Virus record (IMG/VR): IMGVR_UViG_3300005573_000174
Span: 1-38,043 of that record
Source of the DNA: a virus
Taxonomy: Duplodnaviria > Caudoviricetes
Length of the DNA: 38,043 nt
Strand: one strand, 5' to 3'
Positions 1 through 8,539 of the stretch are shown piece by piece (the stretch's first letter is position 1; each line of letters opens with the position of its first letter). The position numbers and the translations under genes were made by a program. The notes under the pieces are model-generated. The model ran no database searches. It was not told the DNA's origin and saw nothing but the letters and a program-made list of their open reading frames with translations.

Positions 1-208
1 TTCCTAGCAGCACGCCCGCCACCTCATCATAGCCGAGAGTGATGGCCACGCGCATGGCATAGTCATTATCCGTATGAGCATCCGCGCCCGCCGCCAGCAG
101 GATGCGCACCACAGCCGCATCGCCCCGCAAGCTCGCCCTGCAGAGTGCCAGGTCTTTTTGGGTCTGGCTCATCCGTGCCACCCGCGCCGCCTTGCTAATT
201 TTCGACAT
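1..208 (-). CDS. Ankyrin-repeat protein, runs off the left window edge (not in ORF track)
   Basis: AAGGAGG RBS then ATG at 208; my translation MSKISKAARVARMSQTQKDLALCRASLRGDAAVVRILLAAGADAHTDNDYAMRVAITLGYDEVAGVLLG contains the same 30-aa ankyrin motif as 26613..27569. Confidence 0.8.
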   Translation of the reverse strand, partial: MSKISKAARVARMSQTQKDLALCRASLRGDAAVVRILLAAGADAHTDNDYAMRVAITLGYDEVAGVLLG

Positions 209-283
209 TTATCTTGGACCTCCTTTTTTATTTTTTTATTTTTTTTCTTTTTTCATTTTTTCTTTTTCTGCTTACTTTTTAGA

Positions 284-300
284 TGCTAATGCCGTGCCAA
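284..300 (-). promoter_or_regulatory. Sigma54-type -24/-12 promoter for the leftward arm
   Basis: Minus strand TTGGCACGGCATTAGCA: GG-N10-GC, one mismatch to TGGCACG-N4-TTGCW; about 75 bp upstream of the ATG at 208. Confidence 0.6.
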
Positions 301-382
301 CTGATGCAAAAAAATTTTTCTTAACAAAATCAATGAGATAAAAAAATAAAAAAATGCCAACATATAGAAAAAATACAAAAAT

Positions 383-410
383 TGTCATTTTTCACTGACA
401 AAAAGTGTCA
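383..410. promoter_or_regulatory. TGACA-N5-TGTCA palindrome plus extra TGTCA half site (candidate activator or operator site)
   Basis: TGTCA(383-387), TGACA(396-400)-AAAAG-TGTCA(406-410); the same palindrome recurs at 1227-1241. Confidence 0.5.
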
Positions 411-625
411 TAATTACTTTATAATAAACAAAGTAATAGGAATAAATGGATAAATAATAAGATAGACATGTATTGTATAAAATTGTATATTTATAATTAT
501 GCCTAAGAAACAATAAAATTAAGTTTCTCAATATATACATGAGAGATATATATAATATAATATAATAATATATAACCAGGACATAATAGAGAAGAAAATC
601 GGAAAGGATACAAAATAACCAAAAC
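410..625. other. Very AT-rich low-complexity non-coding tract
   Basis: Runs such as tatatataatataatataataatatata; ORFs here are Y/I/L-rich artefacts. Confidence 0.6.
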
Positions 626-1075
626 AAGCCATGTTTCTTTATCGGCTAGAAAAAAATCGGGATGGACCGGATGGGCCAGAGGCCTGGCACAAATAGGTAT
701 TAGTGCCAACCCCTCCAAAAAAAAGAGAAAAACCCCCATCACCGCAAAAATGGGATGCCCAGACGCCCAGGGCGGGCCGTCCATAACTACTTGATTTATT
801 AGGTTATATCGTGGTAATTCTAGTAAGATGGGGGGGGTATGCGCCCCCAGACCGCCGCCCAAAAATACTAGTCATGTTCTTCTACACCCCGGACCATTTT
901 CGAAACCCACCTTTAAACGCGTCAGGTTGCCCCAGGAGTGATTTTCTCTCTCGGGTAGCTACCTACCCCTTACCTGCCCTATTTTGGGGTTTAACTCGTC
1001 TCATATTTGATTTTAAGCGGTTGGTGTATTTTTGGGGTGGTTTTTAATGAGGTGGGGGGGGGTAATTTTATGATT

Positions 1076-1171
1076 GCGGTGGGCGGGTGGTTTTCAGGCC
1101 ACGGGATTGTCTGGAGTTGGTCTTCCACGAATCCTTGCGAGCTTGATTAGAAGCATCGCCCGCCCGTCCGC
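1076..1171. ncRNA. About 96-nt rod-like hairpin, candidate small RNA
   Basis: GCGG-T-GGGCGGG pairs with CCCGCCC-GT-CCGC; inner stems TCAGGC/GCTTGA, GGATT/AATCC and TGGA/TCCA; right edge abuts the predicted start of a leftward promoter. Confidence 0.45.
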
Positions 1172-1179
1172 TGATTTTG

Positions 1180-1208
1180 AGTGTATAGGATTTTTGGTTT
1201 ATTGTCAA
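1180..1208 (-). promoter_or_regulatory. Leftward sigma70-type promoter
   Basis: Minus strand TTGACA(1208-1203)-17 nt-TACACT(1185-1180). Confidence 0.55.
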
Positions 1209-1224
1209 GTTTTTTTTATTGGCA

Positions 1225-1243
1225 GCTGACATTTTTTGTCAGC
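1225..1243. promoter_or_regulatory. Palindromic operator between divergent promoters
   Basis: GCTGACA-TTTTT-TGTCAGC perfect inverted repeat. Confidence 0.6.
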
Positions 1244-1245
1244 AC

Positions 1246-1274
1246 TTGACAAAATTTATTTTTTATGGTATAAT
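1246..1274 (+). promoter_or_regulatory. Consensus sigma70 promoter for the packaging/structural operon
   Basis: TTGACA-17 nt-TATAAT with extended -10 TG. Confidence 0.8.
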
Positions 1275-1287
1275 ATGCGTGTAAAAG

Positions 1288-1590
1288 TTGAATACCAAGT
1301 TAGTTAGAGTTAAGTCTGGAAGGTTGGGTGTAATTACCTGGCGCGAGGTGGGGATTCTTTTGGGTCGTTTGGGTGTTGACGGTGTTTATTTGGCTCGGCT
1401 GATAAAGGAGGGTTTGGACAACAACGACCCTAATCTGTTGGGGGTTATGGAGAGTAAGCGCAAGTTTTTGCAGTTTATTGCTGATACGATTTTATCCCAG
1501 GACAAGAAGTTGCGGGAGCCGGTTGGTGTGGAGCATGAGGAGATTCTAGACGATTTGATGAAGGAGTTAGATGTCCGCCAGGAGCATTAA
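1288..1590 (+). CDS. Putative terminase small subunit
   Basis: 100 aa, helical with acidic C-terminus; directly upstream of and overlapping terL; synteny only. Confidence 0.55.
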   Translation: MNTKLVRVKSGRLGVITWREVGILLGRLGVDGVYLARLIKEGLDNNDPNLLGVMESKRKFLQFIADTILSQDKKLREPVGVEHEEILDDLMKELDVRQEH

Positions 1591-3151
1591 GTTCACACCT
1601 GACGACCTTCCCCGGTTGCGCAATTATTATGCGCAGAATTTTTTTGCTTTTGCTCGTCATGTTTTGGGTTATGACCGTTTGGTGTTGGATGTTCACGGGC
1701 CGATTTGTGATTTTATTTCTTCCAGTCCTGGTGATGGCAGGTGTCGGAGCAGTAATCGTGGGCCGCTTCCGGTTCTTCCCCCGAGTGAGCCTCTGAAGAC
1801 CCGGATGCGGAGGTTGGCTTTATTCACTCCACGCGGCACTTTCAAGAGCACCATTGTTGCTGTGGCTTATCCTTTATGGCGCTGGGTGAGAAATCCGGAG
1901 CTGAAGGTTCTGATTTGTGGCTACAACATTTTAAGGCCGCGTGCGATTATCAAGGAGATACAGGGTCATTTGGAGGGGAACGACCGTCTTCGTGCTCTTT
2001 ATGGGAACTTCCGTGCGCCTTCTTGTGCCTGGACCAAAGACGGATTTGAGTTATGGAATCCGAGCAAGGGTCGCAAGACCAGTTCCCGGAACATGATGAG
2101 TTGTGTTGGGGTTGGCACTGGCACTGGCATTGCCGGTTTGCATCCGGACATTGCTATAGTGGACGACATTGTTAACGAGCAGACTGTAAACAGCCTGGAG
2201 ATGATGGAGGCTAGTCGCGAGTTTTTGCGTTATCTGTCCAGCACTTTCGTTCCCGGCACCGAGGAGATAATCACTGGCACCATTTACGACGAGCATGATG
2301 CTTATCAGGACATTATTCGCAACCCCTATTTCGATGTCTATTTGCGGGGGGCTATAGACAACAAACAGGAACTATTCTTCCCGCAGGAACAGGATTGGGA
2401 TTTTCTCAAGCTCAAGCGTCTTGAGCTGGGTGAGCGGGTTTTTGCGAATCAATACCTGAACGACCCCATTTCAGACGAGACATCCATGTTCAAAAGCGCC
2501 TGGGTGGACTCGGTGCTGGTTGACCCGGTCAGTGTAGATGTTTCCAAGTTCCGGATAATCATGGCGGTAGACCCGGCCATTACTGTGAACAAGCGGAGCG
2601 ACCATACCGGCATTTGTGTTTGTGGCCAGGACGCTAACAAGCATATCTGGGTATTTGAGGCTATCAAGCGCAAGATGCAACCAGCCGAGTTAACTGCCGA
2701 GCTTAAGCGTATCTATTCCAAGTGGAATCCGGAATATATGCTCATGGAGGAGGAGAACGCATTCAAGCTTATGCGTCCCATGCTTGAGCGGTATGACCCG
2801 GCATTTGGCGCGAGCTTACGCTACAAGTCGTTCACTCCCGACCGCACCAGGAGCAAGAAAAACCGTATCCGTGCCCTGGTTCCTCTATTTGAGTTTGGTT
2901 TTGTGAAGATATTCAAGAATCAGGTTGATTTCATCAGTGAAGTCAGGAGATACTCGGGTGCTCCAACCGATGATGACAATATTCTTGACGCTTTTGAGAT
3001 GTGTGTTTCTCGGTTGCGTCCCCCGCTTATCACCGTGCCGGTAAAGGTTGAACAGATTATTCGGGACCGCAGGCTGGATGAAGACCGAGACATCGGGAGG
3101 GAAAACCAGCCCGAGGAAAGGAGGCCATTTGAAAACATCTTTTTCTCTTAA
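1571..3151 (+). CDS. terL: Terminase large subunit
   Basis: Walker A-like PRGTFKST, Walker B IAIVDD, RNase H-like nuclease motifs AVDPA and DDNILDA; 526 aa. Confidence 0.92.
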   Translation: MSARSIKFTPDDLPRLRNYYAQNFFAFARHVLGYDRLVLDVHGPICDFISSSPGDGRCRSSNRGPLPVLPPSEPLKTRMRRLALFTPRGTFKSTIVAVAYPLWRWVRNPELKVLICGYNILRPRAIIKEIQGHLEGNDRLRALYGNFRAPSCAWTKDGFELWNPSKGRKTSSRNMMSCVGVGTGTGIAGLHPDIAIVDDIVNEQTVNSLEMMEASREFLRYLSSTFVPGTEEIITGTIYDEHDAYQDIIRNPYFDVYLRGAIDNKQELFFPQEQDWDFLKLKRLELGERVFANQYLNDPISDETSMFKSAWVDSVLVDPVSVDVSKFRIIMAVDPAITVNKRSDHTGICVCGQDANKHIWVFEAIKRKMQPAELTAELKRIYSKWNPEYMLMEEENAFKLMRPMLERYDPAFGASLRYKSFTPDRTRSKKNRIRALVPLFEFGFVKIFKNQVDFISEVRRYSGAPTDDDNILDAFEMCVSRLRPPLITVPVKVEQIIRDRRLDEDRDIGRENQPEERRPFENIFFS

Positions 3152-3395
3152 GCCCATGCGCGGCCAGGCACTGGTGGAAGTAGACAACCCGGAGCGCACC
3201 GTATCGGGTCTGCTCTGCCCATTGGGACATCGCGCTGTGAACAATATCGCCCGGGTAATTTCATTGGGGCCTGGGGCTGGGCAGGATATTCAGCCAGGAG
3301 ACCTTGTCCTGCTGGACAAGTATGACTTGCCACTTCCAAGCGGTAAAAGTCGTGTGTTTGTCCCGGTTTCCTGCATAGGAGCGAAAATACTATGA
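3129..3395 (+). CDS. GroES/Cpn10-like co-chaperonin
   Basis: LKPMRGQALVEVDNPERTVSGLL...ARVISLGPG...IQPGDLVLLDKY follows the GroES pattern; probable TTG start at 3129 after GGAGG. Confidence 0.7.
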   Translation: MKTSFSLKPMRGQALVEVDNPERTVSGLLCPLGHRAVNNIARVISLGPGAGQDIQPGDLVLLDKYDLPLPSGKSRVFVPVSCIGAKIL

Positions 3396-3604
3396 AGCTG
3401 TTGGGCCGGTTTTTTAAGAGAAAGGTGCTCACAGATTATTCCTCTGAAATCCGCCGTCTGGAATCGGAACTGGCACAATTGCGCGCCGAGCTGTCCGAGA
3501 CCCGGAAACAGATTGATGGGCTTCTTTTGTGGAAGGCAACCGAGTCTACCGCCCGGAACGACCAGGTTTGGAGCCACGAAGCCTATCTAAGGAGCATAGT
3601 CTAG
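3392..3604 (+). CDS. Small coiled-coil hypothetical protein
   Basis: ATGA overlap with the upstream stop; heptad-like sequence; fills the gap before the portal. Confidence 0.6.
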   Translation: MKLLGRFFKRKVLTDYSSEIRRLESELAQLRAELSETRKQIDGLLLWKATESTARNDQVWSHEAYLRSIV

Positions 3605-3605
3605 C

Positions 3606-5528
3606 TTGGAAACTATAGCTGACACAAAGGAAAAAAGAGAACAGGAAATCAGCCTGAAGTTCCAGCGGGCAGCTGCCGCTAAAAGCAAAATTCATCCCCG
3701 GATGAGACTTGACTTGGCTTATTTCCTGGGACACCAATACGATTACCTGCATTATCGCACCGGGAGATATGTCCGCAGTGATGAGAGTGAGTTGCTCCGT
3801 CTCCAGCAGGCTGGAATCATCCTGGCACATATCAACCTGTTGCGTCCGCTCTGTAATGCGGTGATAGCGAAATTCACCCAGAAAGTCCCGCAGCTTTATG
3901 CTGTGCCCAAATGCACCACTAGCGGCGGAGCTTATAAGGCCAAGAGTTATACCGACTTGTTGACTTATTTCAGGTATCGACAGGATTATATTACCAAGAA
4001 CATTGAGAACGCCACCAACATGGTGGTATTAGGCAAGAGCTATAAGCAGGTCTATCCCGACCAGAAGACTGGCCATACCAAAGTAGCGGTGCTGAATCCG
4101 TTTGAGGTCTATCCTCCGCCGGGAATAATACGCCTGGAGGAGATGCCCTGGATAATCATAGCCCGGTATGTTGACCGGGAAGTGCTGGAGCAGAGATTCG
4201 ATGTGGACCTTCCCCCGGGGTCGTCCCTGGCGGGAGTGACTCGCCAGCCGGGCATGGAATATCTTTCCGAGGAAATCAAAGCCGACCAGAAACTCTTCCT
4301 GGAATATTACGAGAAGCCGAACCGCCGGAACGAGCGCGGAGCGCATGTCTGCCTGGTGGATTACCAGGAAGTATTCGCCGAGGAGTGGCCCTACTGGAAC
4401 AAAAACGGCACTCCGGACGGATTCCGTATCCAGGAATACACTTACGACCCGGAAATAACCAATCACTGGGGACAGGGGCTGCCTCGTATGCTCCTGCACC
4501 TGCAAAGGAGATACAACGGAGTTTTCAGCCAGTATCTTACCAATCTGGTGCTGACCTCTTCCTGCAAGCTTTGTGTGCCGGATAATAGCCCACTGGCTAA
4601 TGACGAGAACCTGTTGAGCAACTACCCGAGAGTGGTCAAAATACCAGCAGGAGAGGAAAAACCCTTCTGGCTTCCACCCTCCAGGCTGAATGAGCAGATT
4701 GTCAACGCCCTGGACCGGATAGAGCGAGCGATTTTTGAAATCTCGGGAATCCATCCCATAACTATGGGTGCTCAACCCAGCTCACGCACTCCGGCTATGA
4801 GTCATCAGCTGGAAATCGAAATGGATATGGAAAAGTTCCAGCCGAAATTTGACCGCTACGAAGAGTCGGAAATGAAACACGGACTGGACATTCTCAAGAC
4901 TATGCAACAGTTCAGCCCGCAGCAGGTGTTTTATATCCTGGGTAGCAACCGGGCCTACGACGCGCAGGAAGTGGTGGTGGACGACCTGGACGATTACGAA
5001 ATAGTGGTGGAGCCGGGAAGCTCCAAGCCGGAATCACAAGCCGGACAGATAGCCATTATCAGCGAGTTGCAGCAGTATGGATTATTCGGCCCGCCTGGAC
5101 AGTTGGACCCCATGACCCAGCACCAACTACTCAAGGCCATTGATACCAAATGGAGCCGAGGAATTATAAGCGACCAGCTGGACAGCATGAAACTCGCCGA
5201 GCAGGAAAACCAACTCATGGCTAAGGGCATAAGGGTGGGAGTGCTTCCCTACCAGAACGACCAGCTCCACATCAAAATCCATCAAAAGGTGTTTGATGGA
5301 CCGGAGTCCCTGGAAATGGACGCAACTACTGCCGAGATTTATACCACGCATATAAAAATACACGAGATGAATCAGAGCAATAAGATGCAGGAAATGGCGG
5401 CTAAAACTGCCGAGATGAGACGGATAGTCTCGGGGCCGGAGATGGCCACTAAAACCACGGGTATGCAAGCACCAGCAGTAGGAACCAAAGGAGCAGGCCC
5501 AGTTTCGCCGCCCGGAGGGGCCATTTGA
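3606..5528 (+). CDS. Portal protein (podovirus/P22-like)
   Basis: 640 aa after terL; INLLRPL, HWGQGL..LQRRYN and EISGI patterns, plus C-terminal D..HIKIH...HIKIH typical of this portal type. Confidence 0.85.
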   Translation: METIADTKEKREQEISLKFQRAAAAKSKIHPRMRLDLAYFLGHQYDYLHYRTGRYVRSDESELLRLQQAGIILAHINLLRPLCNAVIAKFTQKVPQLYAVPKCTTSGGAYKAKSYTDLLTYFRYRQDYITKNIENATNMVVLGKSYKQVYPDQKTGHTKVAVLNPFEVYPPPGIIRLEEMPWIIIARYVDREVLEQRFDVDLPPGSSLAGVTRQPGMEYLSEEIKADQKLFLEYYEKPNRRNERGAHVCLVDYQEVFAEEWPYWNKNGTPDGFRIQEYTYDPEITNHWGQGLPRMLLHLQRRYNGVFSQYLTNLVLTSSCKLCVPDNSPLANDENLLSNYPRVVKIPAGEEKPFWLPPSRLNEQIVNALDRIERAIFEISGIHPITMGAQPSSRTPAMSHQLEIEMDMEKFQPKFDRYEESEMKHGLDILKTMQQFSPQQVFYILGSNRAYDAQEVVVDDLDDYEIVVEPGSSKPESQAGQIAIISELQQYGLFGPPGQLDPMTQHQLLKAIDTKWSRGIISDQLDSMKLAEQENQLMAKGIRVGVLPYQNDQLHIKIHQKVFDGPESLEMDATTAEIYTTHIKIHEMNQSNKMQEMAAKTAEMRRIVSGPEMATKTTGMQAPAVGTKGAGPVSPPGGAI

Positions 5529-5687
5529 CCAGGCATAAATACAGTATGGGAACAAAGATGATACCACCAATGCCCAGGTTCCAAAATATCCAGGCGATAA
5601 GAAACGCGTTTTTGCTGCTCATTTTAACCTCCCTATTGGTTAGGATGCAGCAAACCTATCACAAGATTCACAAGGAGGTATTTTCTA

Positions 5688-6152
5688 ATGGTTGACTCAA
5701 TAAACAAGAACGAAAGACCACAGTTGGTAGATGTGGGTGCTTCTTGGCCCCAGAAGAGTATCTGGGACAAGATTCTTGACTGGATTGCCAATGCTCCGGA
5801 GTTGCCCTATGGAGTCCAGATAATACCACCATCCAATCCCGGCAAACCTTCAGACACTGGCACAGACTCCAGCAACCTCCTGGACAGAATTCTCGCCATA
5901 CTTAAGGGAGGGGGTAAAAGTGTTAGTGTCAGTCCTGCCCAGCCCAACCCCAGGCCGGGAAAGGGGATAGATGACCAGGTTCCGTCTTGGGCGAAGGACC
6001 TTCCTGAAGATGATAAAAGATTCATCAAATTGATACTCGATGCCTCTACCGCCGAGCCAAGTAGGGGGATAGGCAATCAGGTCCCGCCACCTGGGACGCC
6101 CACCCCCACTTTAATCGAAAAATGGATGCTTGAAGCCGCAGGGAGGAAGTAA
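5688..6152 (+). CDS. Pro-rich hypothetical protein with internal repeats
   Basis: AAGGAGG RBS; repeated KILD/RIL helices and GI(D/G)(D/N)QVP motifs. Confidence 0.7.
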   Translation: MVDSINKNERPQLVDVGASWPQKSIWDKILDWIANAPELPYGVQIIPPSNPGKPSDTGTDSSNLLDRILAILKGGGKSVSVSPAQPNPRPGKGIDDQVPSWAKDLPEDDKRFIKLILDASTAEPSRGIGNQVPPPGTPTPTLIEKWMLEAAGRK

Positions 6153-6226
6153 TCGGGTGCTTCTTCCCTTGCGTAAACCGAATCCCGTAGCCGCCATCAG
6201 CGGGCGATAAACGCTGTAAGGAGACT

Positions 6227-7141
6227 TTGATGAGTAATGAACAAGGATTACCGGCCAACTCGGTGCCGCCGACCGACTCAAAGGGCGAAGGCCAGGGGTC
6301 CACTCCTCCCACTCCGGCTGCAACCCCACCGCAGCCACAGCAAGACCAGGAATTTTCTCATGAATTCAAACCTGGGTGGGTTCCAAGCCAGAGGCTGGGG
6401 GAGGTAAGCAGGAAGTATCAGGAAGCCAAAGCCCGGGTAAACGAGCTGGAAAGCGCGTTACGGGTTTTGCAGGCACAGGCGGCTGCAACTCCCGCGCAGC
6501 CGAAAACGAGCAGGGAGATAACATCGACACAACCTTTGTCGGATATTATCTCCAAGCTTGGACTGGAGCCAGGAATTCCCGAAAACGAGAATGTGGCGAA
6601 AATAGTCCAGGAGATGTTGGCCGAGGCCAGGAGGACGGAAACGCTCACCCAGCCTGCGGCTACCCCTGAAATCGCCAAGGAGATTTCCGCGCTTAAGCAG
6701 GAACTTGCCGCGATAAAAAACGAGCGGGAAGCTGCTGCGTTTTCCTTTGGGCTTAAGCAGATAAGCGACCAGACAGTCAACGCCCTTAATCTTGGAAACC
6801 ATGTTTTCAAAGACGAGATTTTCCTGCAAGCCAGCAAAGAGCTTGCCGACTATCTCGTCAAGATGCCGCCGGAAACACCTTTACCGGTCAAGTTGAACGA
6901 GGCCGGACGCATTCTCAACGACCGCTTCAAATTCTGGAAGGGAGTTTATGACCAGAAGCTGGTTGCCCTCAAGGGGGGCGATAAGCCCAAGGGCGGAATC
7001 GGGGCGCAATTGCCTGGAGCCGCTGCCCCTGCTACCGAGATAGACCCGTTGAGGCAGCAACTTGACCAGGGCCAAATTTCTATCCGGGAATTCATGACAA
7101 GAAGGCGGGAATCACTCAAGGAAAAAGTATCTGGAGGCTAA
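6227..7141 (+). CDS. Capsid scaffolding protein
   Basis: Disordered N-terminus, WVPSQRLGEV motif, coiled coils; immediately upstream of the capsid gene. Confidence 0.75.
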   Translation: MMSNEQGLPANSVPPTDSKGEGQGSTPPTPAATPPQPQQDQEFSHEFKPGWVPSQRLGEVSRKYQEAKARVNELESALRVLQAQAAATPAQPKTSREITSTQPLSDIISKLGLEPGIPENENVAKIVQEMLAEARRTETLTQPAATPEIAKEISALKQELAAIKNEREAAAFSFGLKQISDQTVNALNLGNHVFKDEIFLQASKELADYLVKMPPETPLPVKLNEAGRILNDRFKFWKGVYDQKLVALKGGDKPKGGIGAQLPGAAAPATEIDPLRQQLDQGQISIREFMTRRRESLKEKVSGG

Positions 7142-7144
7142 CCT

Positions 7145-8482
7145 ATGGCTTATATGGACTTTTCCTCTATATCTTCTCAAGCGCTGGAGGTGTGGGAACG
7201 AGACTTGAACCATGTAGTCTTGCGCTCACAGCCCTTGCTTGAGAAAATTCAGAGGCAGAATGTGTTCAATCCCCAAATCGGCAAGTTCTATGACAACAAG
7301 CTGATTATCGATACCCAGTATGGCTATGGCGCGTCATCGCGTTATGTGGCGCCGGAAGGGTATCTGCCGAGTTCCACTGTGCCCACCTATGTCAAGATGA
7401 CCGCAGAACTTGCGACCATCAAAGACCGCAGGCACATCGATTGGGAAGTCTATCACTCGGCAGCTGGCAGAGGAGATGGGGCATGGTTTATCGATGCTGG
7501 AACCAACCTCATGGAGTCAATGGTTATCAGCTGCAAACATCGCCTGGAAGCCGCGCTTATGGGCTTCAAGGTCAATGGAGCGCTGGCAGCCATTGTTTCC
7601 GGGGCAAACAGCGCCACACAGACTTGCCAGTGGAACGCGAACAACTATGTTGGCTATCCTGGCACCAAGTTCCTGGCGACAGGGATGCCGGTGGTTATCG
7701 CCAACGCGGTGGACCTTGCCGGGTCGTCTTATGGCACCGGGTCTGATGTGAACAACACCGTGTCGAAGATAGTCAGCGATACCTCCGTGGTATTCGCCAA
7801 CAGCATCGACACGACTTCGGGCGGGCCGTATTATATCTGCCCGGGCGAATACAGCAATTCCACCAGGCAGTGCGATTATGGCAAGGCGACTCCCGGCCTC
7901 TGGCAACATGTGGACGATGGGACCGATTCAGCTACCTACCAGGGTATAACCCGGTCGGATTATCCGGTGCTCTGGGCGAATAAAATCAGCTCCGGCACTC
8001 CGGGGACAGTGGCGGCCCTGACCGAGGCGATGATTGACCAGGCGCTGGACGCCGCAGCCGAATACATGAGCATCGAAGAAATCACCCCCGACATCATCCT
8101 TTGCACCAGGAAGATGAGGCGGACCATCAAGGCGCTAACTGCTACTACCAATCCGAGCCGTTGGCTGGATTTCAAAGAAGCGCCTGATTTCGGGTCAATC
8201 GAGTCTCGTCCCAGAATACAAGGCAAAACCCTTCTGACCAGCAAATACGCCCATCCGGGGCGCATTTACTTCCTGAAGAGTGATAGCTTTGTGTTCTACA
8301 CTTCCCATACCAGCAACGACCCGGACCGCTTCTTCGAGTGGGATACGGCCAACATGTTCCAGCGCAAGGGAACTCTCGGAGATAAGGACATCCTGGAACT
8401 GCTTGTGAGATGCAGGCACGCGTTTGTCTGCTTGCGTCCGCGCGAGAACACCTTGCTGAACGACCTGGTTGAGACTAGCTAA
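7145..8482 (+). CDS. Major capsid protein (HK97 fold, with a beta-rich insertion)
   Basis: 445 aa after the scaffold; YQGITRSDYPVLWAN, LTEAMIDQA and terminal LRPRENTLLNDL patterns. Confidence 0.85.
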   Translation: MAYMDFSSISSQALEVWERDLNHVVLRSQPLLEKIQRQNVFNPQIGKFYDNKLIIDTQYGYGASSRYVAPEGYLPSSTVPTYVKMTAELATIKDRRHIDWEVYHSAAGRGDGAWFIDAGTNLMESMVISCKHRLEAALMGFKVNGALAAIVSGANSATQTCQWNANNYVGYPGTKFLATGMPVVIANAVDLAGSSYGTGSDVNNTVSKIVSDTSVVFANSIDTTSGGPYYICPGEYSNSTRQCDYGKATPGLWQHVDDGTDSATYQGITRSDYPVLWANKISSGTPGTVAALTEAMIDQALDAAAEYMSIEEITPDIILCTRKMRRTIKALTATTNPSRWLDFKEAPDFGSIESRPRIQGKTLLTSKYAHPGRIYFLKSDSFVFYTSHTSNDPDRFFEWDTANMFQRKGTLGDKDILELLVRCRHAFVCLRPRENTLLNDLVETS

Positions 8483-8495
8483 CTCTATCGGGCAA

Positions 8496-8519
8496 GGGGA
8501 GGGGGACATCCCCCTCCCC
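8496..8519 (+). terminator. Stem-loop after the capsid gene (attenuator or mRNA stabiliser)
   Basis: GGGGAGGGGG-ACAT-CCCCCTCCCC perfect 10-bp stem; no U tract. Confidence 0.5.
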
Positions 8520-8539
8520 AAACCCGGGAAAGGGCAGAG

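Noticed and set aside
685-708. TGGCAC boxes as further sigma54 promoters
   Set aside because: Neither orientation has GC at the -12 position; kept only as an inverted repeat.
74-1047. ORF-track ORFs 74..289, 102..341, 385..627, 503..862 and 811..1047
   Set aside because: Low-complexity translations without RBS; they overlap the minus-strand ankyrin gene or the regulatory region.
4029-4775. 248-aa antisense ORF and similar minus-strand ORFs within structural genes
   Set aside because: Shadow frames of well-supported plus-strand genes, with no motifs or RBS.
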